Translations under genes and position numbers: made by a program
Notes under the pieces: generated by a model
Told to the model about the DNA's origin: nothing
The model's database searches: none
Seen by the model: the letters and a program-made list of their open reading frames with translations, nothing else
Assembly (NCBI GenBank): GCA_013265495.1
Contig: MU058844.1
Coordinates: 8,493,260-8,557,259 of the forward strand
Direction of reading: 5' to 3'
Length of the DNA stretch: 64,000 nt
Source: Vicugna vicugna
Lineage: Eukaryota
Shown here: piece by piece, positions 13,700-26,812 of the stretch
How positions within the stretch are numbered: position 1 is the stretch's first letter
Layout of the letters: each line of letters starts with the position of its first letter

Positions 13700-14052
13700 A
13701 AAGTGAGACAGCTCACTCTCTCAACTTTCCTTAGATCTTTATTAAAGATCACCTACAATGATTATCATAAGTAAAATTACAATGCTTTTTTCAAAATCTG
13801 TATCTTCTATCCTCCTCCTTTGATTTATTTTAAAAAATGTATCATTAACTTATGTGTATCTTATTTATTTGGTTTACTATACATCTCTTCAGGTGCATAT
13901 AAGTTTCCTAAAGGCAGGGAAATGATCTGCCATATTTCCCACTGTGTCTGTAGTGTCTAGAAGAGAGCCTCATATGTGGTAGATGTTTAATAAATATTTA
14001 AAAATCATGTATTGTCTTTTGAATAAATGTTTTGTTGAATGAATAAATGAAT
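13700..14052 (+). mobile_element. L2 3' end
   Basis: aaggcaggga...gtgtctagaagagagcct...aataaatatt...gttgaatgaataaatgaa L2 terminus. Confidence 0.7.
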
Positions 14053-15789
14053 TTCAGTTACTAGTTCCATAGATTTCTCTGCGTTCCCTAATTACCCAGA
14101 GCAAAGGTTCTTAATAGTTTTGTGCCATGGACATGTCAGAGTATATTTTTCTAAAGGTTAAGAATATTATTATCATTAAATGTTGAAAGAACACCTAGCA
14201 AAATTTATTCAACTCATTAATGAGGTAACTAACAAGAAGGCTAAGCTTGTTCAAAGGAACAGGGGCTGCACTGTCATTGAAGAAACAATACTGAATGAGC
14301 TTTCTGTTTAGATACAAAACTGGTTAATATCCCACTGAGTGATAAACCCATGATTTGGCATATTATATATTCTACTGAAAGAAAATAACAGACAAACATA
14401 CACAAGTTAACTGTAAAATCATACAGTCTGGATCTTTAATCAATAGGAGATAATGACTCAAACAAACAGTAGAATTATTGATTCCCCAGGATAATGAATC
14501 ATCTTTGGATTGCTCTTGTAAACAATATTCCAATATGAGATTGAAAGGATATACTGCTCTCTCATCATTTTATTTCCAAATTTTAGATAATTTTTCTTAA
14601 GAGTTGCTCTTTTATGATCATAAATAATCTCCAAAGATTACGGCTAACCACAAAAATGGCTGGTCTTATTGTGTTTTAATCTCATTATTTACATGCGCTC
14701 ACTGGGAAGTGCTAATTAACACCAGCCTCGTAGAGAATACAGAGTTGAGTATATTAAGGCTAAAAACTAATTTTTGTCTAGAAATTTCATAAGGAATATA
14801 GGATTGGATTTTTAAAACCTTCTTTATTTGCTCTTTTATTTCAAATCTAGAAAAGCAAGCACAAAAGTCTCTTTATACAAGATTTCTTGCAGTGCCTATG
14901 AATTTGGGTGAATTCTCTTCTTTGAAATCACCAAAATAGTCTGAGAGCCCTGGCCTACAGGAAGTGACTTTTCTTATCAGTTGTCAGACTGGGATCTTGT
15001 AATTTGTCTTATAGATACCAGTTCAGCTTGCTATGAGGGTGTTGTGTATATTGGTTCCTTATGTGAGATCCTGAGACTTATTATCAAGTATAATACTCTA
15101 TTAGAACCTTGGCTGCACTATCAATTAGTCAAATATGTCCTGGTAAAAGGAAGGATGGATTTTTATTGAATCTATGAAATAAATGAATTTCATGAATAGT
15201 AAGATTCAATAAAGGCATTTACTTCTGAACTCTAGAGATCAATGAAAATCAGATGTTTTATATAGGTTTCATTTCATTTTACGAAACCATAGTCTACTAA
15301 ATTGAGGGCTAGAAATAGATTAATAAGAAAGGGGAAAAAATGAAAGGAATCCTCATGAATCCATCAGAAAACAGATCTCTAGAAATGTTAAGAGTATGCC
15401 AAAAGAAATAACCACAAGTAAATATGCCTCATTAGTGTATCTGATTATATGTAATTAAATCCTGTTTTTCTGAATCTGTTTCTTGAAAATTTTACTTCTG
15501 AATGAAAATGACTCCTGGAAATCATAATCCAGTTCTCCAGGCTCCCTGAAAATTGTCAGAGCAATGTCTACTTAAACTCCAAAGGCTTGTAATAATGAGT
15601 CTGTTTCTAGAAAGATTACCTGGTATAGTTCTTTCAACGAGTCTCTGAGACTGACTCCATTTTTTTTTTCTTTTTATGCAGTGTATATCAGAGCTCTCAA
15701 GAAAATATGAAAGGAAAGAAGAAATTATCAGTTGATGATAAAACTGATGAATGGAAGTAGTTAATTTATAGAACAATGAAAAATATCAG

Positions 15790-17200
15790 CATGCGGAAAG
15801 ATTACCAAATAAACCATGAAACTAGATTCCCACTTATTGATGCTGCGAATGACGAAGAATAGGCATAAGGATGTATGGAATAGCATAGGGCCCAGAAATA
15901 GACTCACGTACAAATGATTACTTTTCTGTTTTTGTTTTTGCGATGACAAGATAATTCAATGGTGAAAGGATTATTTTTTCAGTAAGTGGTGCTGGACCAA
16001 TAGGATAACCATAAACTTGAAATGGTTCATAGGCCTAAAAAGCTAAAACTATAAAACTTCTAGAGGAAAACAGAATCTTTGTGATCTTGGCTTAGGCAAA
16101 GATTACTTAGGCACAACAACAAAAATGTGATCAAATAAAGAAAACATCGATAAATTCAACTTCATCAAAATTAAAAATTTTGATCTTTGGAAGGCATCAT
16201 TAAGAAAACAAAAATACAAGCCACAGACTGGGAGAAAGTATTTGTAGATCACATACCTGATAAAGGACTCATGTCCAGAATACATAGAGAACACTCACAA
16301 CTTAATAATAATAAACAACTCAATTAAAAACGGGGTAAGGATTGGAACAGACACACCACCAGAGAAGACATTTGAATGGCAATACGCACATAAAAAGATG
16401 CCCAGTTTAGTCTTCAGGAAAATTCAAATTAAAATCACACCTATTAGAATGGCTAAAATCCAAAAGGGAAAATGCCAAGGGTTGAGGATGTGGAGAAACT
16501 GGAACCCTCTGTGAAAAACTGTGAAAGGTCTGAGATTTTATCCAGCTTAAAAGCTAACAAATTATTTTGTAAGCATTTTGTAGATGCTGGCAGAAGACAC
16601 AAGACCCCTAACTCTGAGACAAAGGACAATTTATTACTTAATAGCAGTAGCCAGAGTATTATTTTACTGCACTAGGTCCCTGAGCCCTAATTACCACAGG
16701 GTGAGGGCCAGGTGGATGCTGCGTGTGCAGTGGGTTTTATCACAGCTGAGGCGCCCTAAGCTTAGGGAATCTGAATCTTCTGAAACTGAATCTTCAAATG
16801 TGCTGACCTTTGCCCCAGAGGGAGACATTCTCTTTATTAAACTAGATAATAAAAGCAAACATGCTCTTGGCTTTTTCAAGGCTGTTCACTATACAAAGAT
16901 ACTTAAGAAGAGATAGCCTGAAACAAAAGATCAGTTAATTCCTCTGTTTGCAAAATGTGCAGAAACCTGAAATGCTCATGAAAATTATCTCCTGGTATCC
17001 TATAACATTACTGGTGAGAATGTAAAATGGTACAGATATTTAGGAAACATATGGCAGTTTTTTTTAAAAGTTAAAGATACATTTACCATTGAATTTGGTG
17101 AGCCTATTCCAAGGTATCTACTTAAAAAGTAAAGAAAATATATGCTTATCCAAAGACTTGGATATAAATGTTTATAGAAGCATTATTACTCAGAAGAGCC
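15790..17200 (+). mobile_element. Old L1M ORF2 3' part, interrupted by an LTR
   Basis: Decayed L1 motifs aagctaaaactataaaacttctagaggaaaa, caagccacagactgggagaaa, ggatgtggagaaactggaaccctc; resumes at 17000 with cattactggtgagaatgtaaaatgg. Confidence 0.85.
16510..16997 (-). mobile_element. ERV1-class LTR (MER90/MER110/MER34-like) inside L1
   Basis: ggtctgagattttatcc...gatgctggcagaagacacaagac...gagacaaaggac...tttatta; splits the L1 sequence cleanly. Confidence 0.75.
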
Positions 17201-18290
17201 TCCAAATTATAACTCAATAAAACTTTTTTTTTAAATCATAGAAACTAAAAAACATACAGTAGTGTGTCTAGAGTTCCAGGTTTTAAATGTTCTTCTAGCT
17301 GGCAGCATAACCATCTTCTCATCTCCTTCAGGCTGCCAGGCTGAGGCGTGCTGCGGGTTCCACCAACAGCATCAGTACCAGATTTAAGGCACTTACCCTG
17401 TTCATGGTTCTTAGCCTTCCCTCTGCGTCAGGATCATCTAGAGAGCTTTCAAAACACTAGCAGAGATGAAGCAATCCTCTAGTCCAAGATTTGGATTCAA
17501 CTAACTCGATCACACTATTCTTTTGTTTGTTTGTTTCCCAGTTGGTGCTAATGTGCAGCCAAAGTAGAGGAAAAAGTACTGTACTATTTTTCTAGAATAA
17601 TTTTGAAGCTATTTTGACAGTCAGTATTGCTGGCACCTGTGATCACAGACAGCCCCCAGTGAAACTGCAAAGCAATTGAGGAGAAGGTTTTCTCTACCTG
17701 ATCAGTAAAGCTGTAGTTCTCAGCACGGGGTAGGGGTGGGAAGGGGAGGGGGTCATCCCTTGGGGAGTTTCCCTAATTACTTCTCGATCTCCTCTCTTAT
17801 TGAGGGAGATTTTTCCCATCTAGAGAAATGATATTTTCCAAAACGTTATTCTAGTGTTTATATGGCTTTAGAATTTTATATTTAAAGTTTTAAAATTTTG
17901 CCTGGTATTTACTTTTGTATACAGAGTTTGAGGTAGATAACATTGTTATCAAAGTCCTCATTCCCCATTTGATTAAATTGTCATGTCTGTCATTTATTAA
18001 ATTCCTAATACACTCTTTTGGAGGCTCTCTCTCTATACTTTTTGTCTTTTCTTGTGCCTGCCTCAAACTGTTTTGATTACCATGATCTTATGATAATATT
18101 CTTTCAATACTCACTTCTTATGACATTGTACTGTAAATTTTTAAATCTGAAGGAGGATCAAGATGCTTATTTTTACTTGAGTTATTATTATACCTGAAGT
18201 CATTATGTAACATTTAAAGTGTTTCTAGTTTTCTAGGCTAGAGTACAGTACAAATATATATGCATCTTTTAAAAGTTAAACAACTCCTTC

Positions 18291-18309
18291 AGGCCAGCAG
18301 AGGGAGCAC
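18291..18309 (+). promoter_or_regulatory. CTCF motif match
   Basis: AGGCCAGCAGAGGGAGCAC versus consensus TGGCCASCAGRKGGCRSY, isolated in AT-rich sequence. Confidence 0.6.
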
Positions 18310-19204
18310 AAGGTACTGTTTTACTAGTGAGGACTTTTAAACATGTTCTTGTGCTGATTCAGGGAATAAATTTAAGAATTCAAAATACTTTTTCCATAAA
18401 ATACCTTGATTAATAGAAGTCTGCACCTACATAATCAAAACTTGCCTAAATATTTCTAGGCCCTCCATAAGTCACATAATTTAGAGAAGAACCTAAATTT
18501 TCTTTTGAATGAGGATAATTTGGGGCATAAACTTACATATATAATGCAGATAATATAAATTGAAATAATGTATGCAGTATAAGAAATGTAATTCAAACTT
18601 ATTTTTGAAAATCAAACTCAGGAAAAATTCAGAGAGAATGACTAGAAAATAGTTAATAAACATTTGTTATTTTGTCACTTATTTTTGATCACATGAACAC
18701 AGTTTTCTAATACTAGAATGTGCAGGTAAACACATGAAAGTCTTGAGTGACGAATGCTTCTAAACATTTCTGATGTGCTCATTTCTTTGAAGTGCAAGAA
18801 ATTAGAAAACACTGCAAGTACAATAATATAAAAGGGGGTGGCCAATGTAGTAGGAACTTATAAATGGGCCAGTTTATATTGGATATTTTGAAAAAGCTGT
18901 GTTATTTCAATGGAAGTTTTTGTCTGCAGGCTGCTGCCCTTTGATATTTATAAATATCAGAATGATGGAGACTACTATGAAGTAAAAATGCTTCACTGAA
19001 CCTCTCAGTGGCAGTAATTCAATCAAGCAAAGGTTACAAAAGCCCTGTGGGCCACTTGTTATGTGATAGCAGAGTAGACCTGATTCTGTTGTATCAAATA
19101 TTTTTTAAGCCAGGAAGCTTAGTGTTAAATTTAATGCTCTATCAGAGTAACTGTATTACTCTGAGCTGGGTATATCCATTTCATTTTTGGTCCACATTTT
19201 GATC

Positions 19205-19345
19205 TGTTGTCAGTATATATTATGTGCTGTGTAAATATATATGAAACACATATAAACATAGTATGTACACAGAATACACATGTACACATAATACATATAT
19301 TACACATATATGTATATACACGTGTACACATAAATATATATTTTT
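19205..19345. repeat. (TA/CA)-rich low-complexity tract
   Basis: Degenerate tatatg/tacaca alternation. Confidence 0.8.
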
Positions 19346-19930
19346 AACACAAAACAATAAATTTAAAATGAAATTAAATATTTTTAAAAGTACAATATGT
19401 TAGAATAATTTACAGATTTATTTTAAAATGAATATTTCTCAAATATATGTGCTGGTTTTACAGCCATAATTAAATTTTGAAATAAAGATTTAGGATGGTA
19501 TATTTTAACTATTATCATTGCTGAATTTTTCACACCTTTTTCAAAATTTGCCAAATATAAGTTTTGAGTTTTGAATTTTGCAAGAAACAAATTTAACTAC
19601 CTTTAAGTTTCTAGTCATCTTATGAAAAGTGAAAGTTATATTATTGTAAAATATATTCAGATGAAAATACATCTATAAAACAACTAGAAAAAAATACTTG
19701 ATTATTCATCTTTTCCTGGGGATCAGAAATAATTGAGCATTACCTCAAAGTGAATCATAAAGAAAAAGATGGATATATTTTACTATGAACTGAAAAATAT
19801 GTATGCATGTCAAAATAAACATAATCAAACTTAAAAGGCAAGTTTCAAATAGGAAAAGACTTTTGGACCATATATTAAAAATTATAGATCACAGAATAAC
19901 CTTTCCCAATTCAATATTTTAAAAAGGATA

Positions 19931-20900
19931 AAGTTCATGCTGGAGAGGCTGTGGAGAAAAGGGAACCCTCCTACACTGTTGGTAGGAATGTAGTTTGGTG
20001 CAGCTATTATGGAAAACAGTATGGAGATTTCTCAAAAGACTAAAAACAGACTTACCATATGATCCAGCAATTCCACTCCTGGGCATATATCCAGAGGGAA
20101 CCTTAATTCAAAAGGATACATGCACCCCAATGTCCATAGCAGCACTATTTATAATAGCCAAGACATGGAAACAACCTAAATGTCCATCAACAGATGACTG
20201 GATAAAGAAGTTGTGAGATTATATGGTATAGCACAGGGAAATATATACAAGATCTTGTGGTCACTCACAGCAAAAAAAAGTGTGACAATGCATTTATGTA
20301 TATTCATGTATAACTGAAAAATTGTGCTCTACACTAGAATTTGACACAACATTGTAAAATGACTATAACTCAAGAAAAAATATTTAAACAACAACAACAA
20401 CAAAAAAATGGTTTTGCCAATATAGTGGAATACTACTCAGCCATAAAAAAGAATAAAATAATGCCATTTGCAGCAACATGGATGGACCTGGAGATCGTCA
20501 TTCAAAGCGGAGTAAGCCAGTAAGAGAAAGAAAAATACCATATGATATTATTTATATGTGGAGTCTGAAAAAAAAACTTATTTACAAAACTGAAACAGAC
20601 TCAGACATAGAAAACAAACTTATGGTTACCAGGGAGGAAGGGGTATGAAGGGATAAGTTGGGAGTCCATGATTTGCAGATACTAACCACTATATACGAAA
20701 TAGATAAACAAGTTTCTACTGTATAGCACAGGGAACTATATTCAATACCTTCTAGTAACTTATGGTGAAAAACAATATGAAGACGAATATATGTATGTTT
20801 ATGTATGACTGAAGCATTATACTGTATATCAGAAATTGACACATTGTAAACTGACTGTACTTCAATAAATATATATATATACAAAAAATAAAATAAAATA
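19931..20900 (+). mobile_element. 5'-truncated L1 (ORF2 C-terminus plus 3' UTR, type A)
   Basis: Peptide [29 protein letters not shown]...KTWKQPKCPSTDDWIKKL; TSD aaaaaggata at 19921-19930 and 20901-20910; TTTT/AAAA target site. Confidence 0.95.
20216..20408 (+). mobile_element. Type B L1 3' end nested in the type A L1
   Basis: Same 3' UTR as 4992-5129 with a (CAA)n/A tail; interrupts the host between gaagttgtg and ggaatactactcagcc. Confidence 0.85.
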
Positions 20901-21239
20901 AAAAAGGATACATTTCAAAGTATAGGCATTTCTTTAAAAAATATATAAAATGTTACTAGATACATGAAAAAATACATTCTCACCAGAAAATTCAAATTTG
21001 AACAATGAAGATTTGTTTGTTTTTGTCTTTCAACTTGGCAATTAAAAACAATAATACAAAGTGTTGAAATTTAGAGAAGTCATTACCTGTCTGCATTTGC
21101 AGTGGGTGTATAATTTGATGCAATCTTTTAGGCATATGATATTTATCAAGAGGTTAAAAAAAAAATCCACGCACTTTGATTTGGTGATTCCATTGCGAGT
21201 AATTTATCCTAAAGATATATTCAGAACTTGGCTTTCTAC

Positions 21240-21575
21240 ATCGACTTTTCCCTTTGCCTGGAACTCTTTCTGGGATAACTGGCTAACTCCCTTACTGCCT
21301 TCTCATCCATCTTAACTGTTCAATGAGACCTTCCCTAACCAACTTGTTTAAACTGGAAATCCCACCCTTTTATACAAAATTTCTATATTTTTCTCTTTTT
21401 AAATTTTCATTGTACATATAACATCTTCCAACGTCCTCTATAATGTATGTATTTAATCTGTGTGTTGTTCATTGGAAGCTCAATGTTCCTGATGTCCTGT
21501 TCCTCCAATTATCTGGAAGAGTATTTGACATAGGGAAAGTGTTTAATAGATATTTGTCAAATGAATAAATGAATG
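21240..21575 (+). mobile_element. L2 3' fragment
   Basis: ccctttgcctggaactctt...gagaccttccctaacc...atatttgtcaaatgaataaatgaatg. Confidence 0.7.
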
Positions 21576-21678
21576 TCAAGGATGCTCATTCCAGGTTTAT
21601 TTATGGTAACTAAGGGAAAAAATGGGAATAATTCCTCTCTGTCTGGGAATGATTAAGTAAATCATGGTCTAGCTACAT

Positions 21679-21830
21679 GTGTATCAGTTTCTTAGGGCTG
21701 TTGTAACAACTTACCACCAACTGGGTGGTTTAAAACGATACAAATATATTTTCTCACAGTTTTGGAGGCCAAGAGTCTGAAATCAAGGTGTTGGCAAGAA
21801 TGGTTCCTTTTGGAGACTCTGTGTCTCTGA
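21679..21830 (-). mobile_element. MLT1 LTR fragment
   Basis: tgtatcagtttcttagggctgttgtaacaacttaccaccaactgggtggtttaaaac...ctcacagttttggaggcc. Confidence 0.85.
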
Positions 21831-22061
21831 GCACACCAGGCTTCACAAGAGGGTCTGGCCTGGGCCTGGACAGCACAGGAGCCTTGGAGGAAATTGTTGG
21901 GAACAGAATTGTTACAGAGATTCCTGGGTCTTGTCCTCATTTACGTGCATCTCAATTGACTGGTGTTGATTTGTAACCTCAGGAGCTTCCCAGATGAAAT
22001 CACAGGCAAGGAGAGATCCAAGAAAGAGGAGATCATCCCCAATTGGTAGGAGAGCAGCTTC

Positions 22062-22636
22062 TTTTTTTTTTTAATTTACTTTTTATTGAAGTAACACTAG
22101 TTTAAACATTGTATGAGTTTCATGTGTACAACATTGTATTTCTACTTTTGTATACACTACAACGTACTCACTACCAAAAATTTAGTTTCCATCCGTCACC
22201 ATACCTATTTCACCCTTCCCACCCTCCCCCCATCCACTGCCCTTCCCCATCTGGTAACCACTACTCTGGTCTCTGCATCCACGTGTTTGCTTTGGTTTGG
22301 TTTGTTCACTGATTTTGTTTGTTTGTTTTTTAGGTTTCACAATGACTGAAATCATATGGTATCTGTCTTTCTCCATCTGACTTACATAACTTAGTAAAGT
22401 ACCCTCCAGTTCCATCCATATTGTTACAAATGGCAAGATTTCATCTTTTTTTTAAACATTTTTATTGAGTTATAGTCATTTTACAATGTTGTGTCAAATT
22501 CCAGTGTAGAGCACAATTTTTCATTTATACATGAATGATTTCATCTTTTTTTAAATGGCTAAATAGTGCTCTATTTTGTGTGTGAGTGTGTGTGTGTGGG
22601 TGTGTGTGTGTATTACATCTTCTCTGTTCATCTATT
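22062..22636 (-). mobile_element. L1 3' end (L1MA9-like)
   Basis: Poly-T and tttattgaagt; peptide MPFVTIWMELEGTLLSYVSQMEKDRYHMIS resembles the L1 ORF2 C-terminus. Confidence 0.9.
22453..22536 (-). mobile_element. Type B L1 tail nested in the older L1
   Basis: TSD gatttcatcttttttt at 22437-22452 and 22537-22552. Confidence 0.9.
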
Positions 22637-23643
22637 AGTGAGAACTGAGGTTGGCAGGCAGCAATTTTAATAAGCAAGGAAATTTACATATCAGGCTTGT
22701 CTTGAGTGTCTGCAAGTTGAGTAGATCTCCACACCCACTCACCAGAATCTTAAAAATTTGTACAGAGGCTTTAACTGGGGTTGGTCACATACATGGTCCA
22801 CCACATTGCCCTCTCATGGCTTCACCCTTGAATACTGTTCCCTCTGTGGGAATGGTGGGCAGAATGTACATTTCAAAAACAAGGGAGCAGGTAGGGAGCC
22901 TACAGCTGTCTGGGGCCACGTAGGAGTCAACCAGTGGTCACATCCTCTCAATAACCTCCTCCAACAACCAGGGTCCTATGTGCAAAAAAAACAAAAAGCA
23001 AAAAACAAAAAACTGTAGAAGCATATTCTCCAAAGTAATTGGCCATATCCATTAGATAATTCTGAGAAGAGGATAAAGATAGAGAAGTTTTTAAAAAATT
23101 AGTGAGTTAGTCCCTTTTTAGTATCTTAATTCTAATGGTTAAATGAGGTTTCATGCAATTTGTAATATTTTGACAAGGGATATATTTGTAAGAGATTTTC
23201 CTGAGATGGAGAGTACAATAAAGTCAAATATACTTTTAAAAGTGTGCTTTCATGTTTATTAATAAAGATGAATTCATTGAAGCAAGGAAGATTTGATTTG
23301 CAAATCTTACCTATATTATTGGAGGTATAAATGAAAGCATTTAAAAATTTTGCCAACTGTTCTGTCCTGCTGTGGACATAAGCCAGTATTAGGCCTTTTA
23401 GCACCGACATGAGCACTTTCATTTTGAATCTTACTCAAAAGATGATACCTCCAGGAATTTAGCAACCCTTTTTGTCACTTTGAAAATCTACTAGTGAACC
23501 TCTAGGGAAATCTACTGTACTGCCTCTTAATTAGCTTTCTAAGTCCATTTCTCCAAAAGCCATTTAGCACTTCAATGATCCTGGAGAAGCTGCTTGTATC
23601 AAATCACTTTTCAGCTGGTAAGACGACCACTTCCCTTGTCCTG

Positions 23644-23681
23644 CCCAGGACACTGAGCACAACTCTGCTCAGTGTCCTGGG
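23644..23681. repeat. Perfect 16-bp inverted repeat with 6-nt loop
   Basis: cccaggacactgagca-caactc-tgctcagtgtcctggg. Confidence 0.95.
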
Positions 23682-25844
23682 GCTGTGACCCCCGGGGCTG
23701 TGGGGAGCCCAAACCTCTGTCCTCCAGTGTGAGTAGGTCAGTCATGTGTGAGGAAAATAAGGATGTCTCTGCTCATGCTCGCTCTCGAGCTCACTCTCTG
23801 GTTCTTCCGTTTATCTTAGGTAATATTTGTAAATTTTAAAAGGTAAGGCTAAATTTTAAGATAGAAAATCTGCATTTGTTGCGGGTAATTTCTGATGGCT
23901 TCTGGAAGGAAGACATTCATCTACCAGAAGGAAGAATGACTAAGACCAAGCCTCTGATTTATTTCCAGGCTCATGTGTTTTCCACAGGTTAGGTTTTCTT
24001 TCCCTAGGTTAATTTTAGAAGAAGCATGATTGCTTCCACCCAGGAATGAAGAACAGTGAACCATGTCCTGGAAAAAACACTCAAGTCAGGGCCATGCCAT
24101 ATTCGTTGTCATAATATCCATCGTGTGCCTGACATATCAAAGAATTTCAATAACATTTTCTTCAGTGCACTGAGGTCTGTGTTACATAGCCCTGGGCCAG
24201 CCCGTTAAGGTCCCTGAGGCTCATTTCCTCCATTTTGTAAAAAGGATATAAAAAATGCTGCTGTTGATCAATTTTGAGGAAAAACCAAGCTAATGTTAAT
24301 ATATTTTTAAGCTATTGTTTTGTGTGGAGAAAGAGTTATTACTGTGTACACATAACAAAATTATTTATAAATAAACAAATACTGTAATATTGAGGTTATA
24401 AGATGAAATTAAAAGAGATTGTTGGAATATCCGATTTATCCAGCGACATCAGTGCATTATATTTCTGCCATTTTATGTGATTTAACTTTTGTTCATAGTA
24501 CTTATGTCACATATTTTTGTTTGTTTTAAAATATCTTTCTAACTAGTTATTAACATTTACTAAAGTAAAGACCTTGCCTGTCATCTACCCTGCTGAATCC
24601 CAAGCATTTAAAACAATGTCTGGCACTGAGCAGACACTCAACTATTTTTAAAATAAATCAATAGCACCATGTTGCAGACAGCAACTTACCTCTGGGTCTC
24701 TGTCTGCTAATGTTTATGGCTGGACAGTGTTTTTGAACCTAGCTGAGACTAGAGAAAATCACAATCATTATAACCTATGTAAATAGAAAAAAAAATATTG
24801 TAAAATACTGTGTGTGGACAAGTATATTTTGCTCCTGAGAATTAAAGGGATTTTACATGAAGATATAATGATTAAATCACAATCTTATTACAGGCAATAT
24901 GTGTTCAGGTTACCAAACTTAACCTTTGTGAGAAAAATAGCATACTCTTATTTATATTATATTTTCTAATAAATAGATTCCAGTATTTGATATTTAAAAA
25001 GCATTACTGGTTATCCTACTAAAAGAAAACATTTCTGAATGAAATTTTATAAATATATCATAAAACCTTATCTTTAATCAGTATATCCAAATACTATTTT
25101 GTGTTTATTCAAGCATGCACTAAAGTAGTTGGCATATTTCTGGCAGTTCTGGTCAAATTACTTCATCTTTTCAGAAATGTTTAAACCAAACTGACAGTTT
25201 GGACAACCTGACAGCCTTTATTCATGATTGTCTAATTTTTTCACAGTATGAATCAAATTATTTTCTTGATTACGAAGTTGACCAAAGAAGGGTTGTGTCC
25301 CATAACTGTTACTTTGCAACTTGAGAATGTATGGAAATATGACAGCTGCACTCAAGGTCATATATAGCTGATATGAAATATTCATGGAAGAATCATGTTA
25401 AGAAGTTTAGAAACTTTCTCTTTCATAGTCTACTTTTTCTGGTAGAAGTAATTTACATTTTGTTCTGAATTTGAACATTTTCTTTTTGTTTGCTTGATTT
25501 GAACAATCTTTAAAGTTTTGTCTTCCATTTCTGTCTGAATATCATTATACATTCTAATAATTTGCTCTCTGAACAAATATGAATTTTATTTTAATATTTT
25601 ACATTTTATCTAAGAGTTAATTGATTGTTGAAAATCTCATAGGTTTTTGTTTGCTTGCTCCTGTTTCAGAAAAAACTTTAAAATTTACAATTTATTTTCA
25701 CTGAAGTCCACTTAAATTAATGGGATTCAACTTTTTAACTTTGAGAAAAACATTCAAATTCTTTATACTGTTATCTTCCTTTCTCTAATATTGTGATAGT
25801 AATTCTAAATTCAAAATAATTTTCTGTAACAGTATGTTGTATCC

Positions 25845-25904
25845 ACACATTATAAACTGACTACACTTCAATAAAATAAATATGCAAAACAAACAAACAC
25901 ACAC
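25845..25904 (+). mobile_element. About 60-bp type A L1 tail
   Basis: cattataaactgactacacttcaataaa plus A-rich tail; TSD cagtatgttg(t/a)atcc at 25830-25844 and 25905-25919. Confidence 0.85.
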
Positions 25905-26425
25905 CAGTATGTTGAATCCCAGGAAAATAAAGTAAGGCTCACTAATGTGAGAAACTACTTCAGAATATTGTGTTAGGCTCTATATTGTATTTTATTTGAT
26001 AGAGAAGTATTAAAGTATTAATTAGTATTTTGCCTTAATTAACATTCTGTTGATTGCAAACAGAAATCAATTTGAAAGAATTTAGGAAAAATAGCAACTT
26101 TAAATGTTAGATATTGAGTTATCCAATGGAACTGAAGGGCACCTAGCGCTCTCAAATCACTAGAGAGAGGATCAGGAAAGTAACTAGGGCTACAATCTGC
26201 AATCTGTCTCTTTTCTCTGTTTTGCTCTAAACATCTGCCTCACTTTTTTTTTGTTTCCTCTTTGTAGACTGGCTTCTTCTACTTCTCCATAACCATAGCG
26301 GAAAAATGGTTACTCACAGATACCAAGTTTATATCAACATTGTTTCATCTATCCTAATTGGCTGTCTTCGACCTTCAGTTCCAAACTCTTGATAAAAACG
26401 TCCTTTATTAATTTGGCTTTGACAT

Positions 26426-26812
26426 TGTGGTAGATATTCATGCTATTTCCCAAGTGTTCATAGCTTTCTTTCCACCTTGCAAGCATCTGATAGGACTGCA
26501 CTTCTTAGCTCCACTGTAGTTGGGTGAGACCATGTGATGTATCCTGGTCAATGAGGTGCGAGTAGTAGCGATGTGTGTCATTTAAATACCAGTTAAGAGA
26601 CTCGAGTGTGCTTTTACTCTGCCTCTATGATCTGCTGAATTACAGTTAATGGCTACTTCATCGGCTGTAGTTCCTGAATGAAGATACGCCAGATAAGGGT
26701 CCCCATACATCCCTCAATGGAGCAAGAAATAAACCCCTATTGTTTTAAATCACTGAGATGTTGAGGTTATTTCTTATCTCACCATAGGTAAGCCTGTCTT
26801 GACCAAAATACA
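26426..26812 (+). mobile_element. Old MaLR LTR (MLT1I/J-like)
   Basis: tgtggtag...ccatgtga...ctggtcaatgag...agcaagaaataaacc...ttgttttaaatcactgagat...aataca. Confidence 0.75.

Larger units (their letters stand above)
21975..22966 (-). mobile_element. ERVL-class LTR split by an L1; same family as 30703-31111
   Basis: ctcaggagcttcccagatgaaatc and ccagaatcttaaaaatttgtacagagg...cctcctccaaca are reverse complements of the 30.7-kb LTR; left boundary uncertain. Confidence 0.75.

Noticed and set aside
19995..20216. ORF with a recognisable protein sequence
   Set aside because: L1 ORF2 C-terminal fragment, truncated and interrupted; not a host gene
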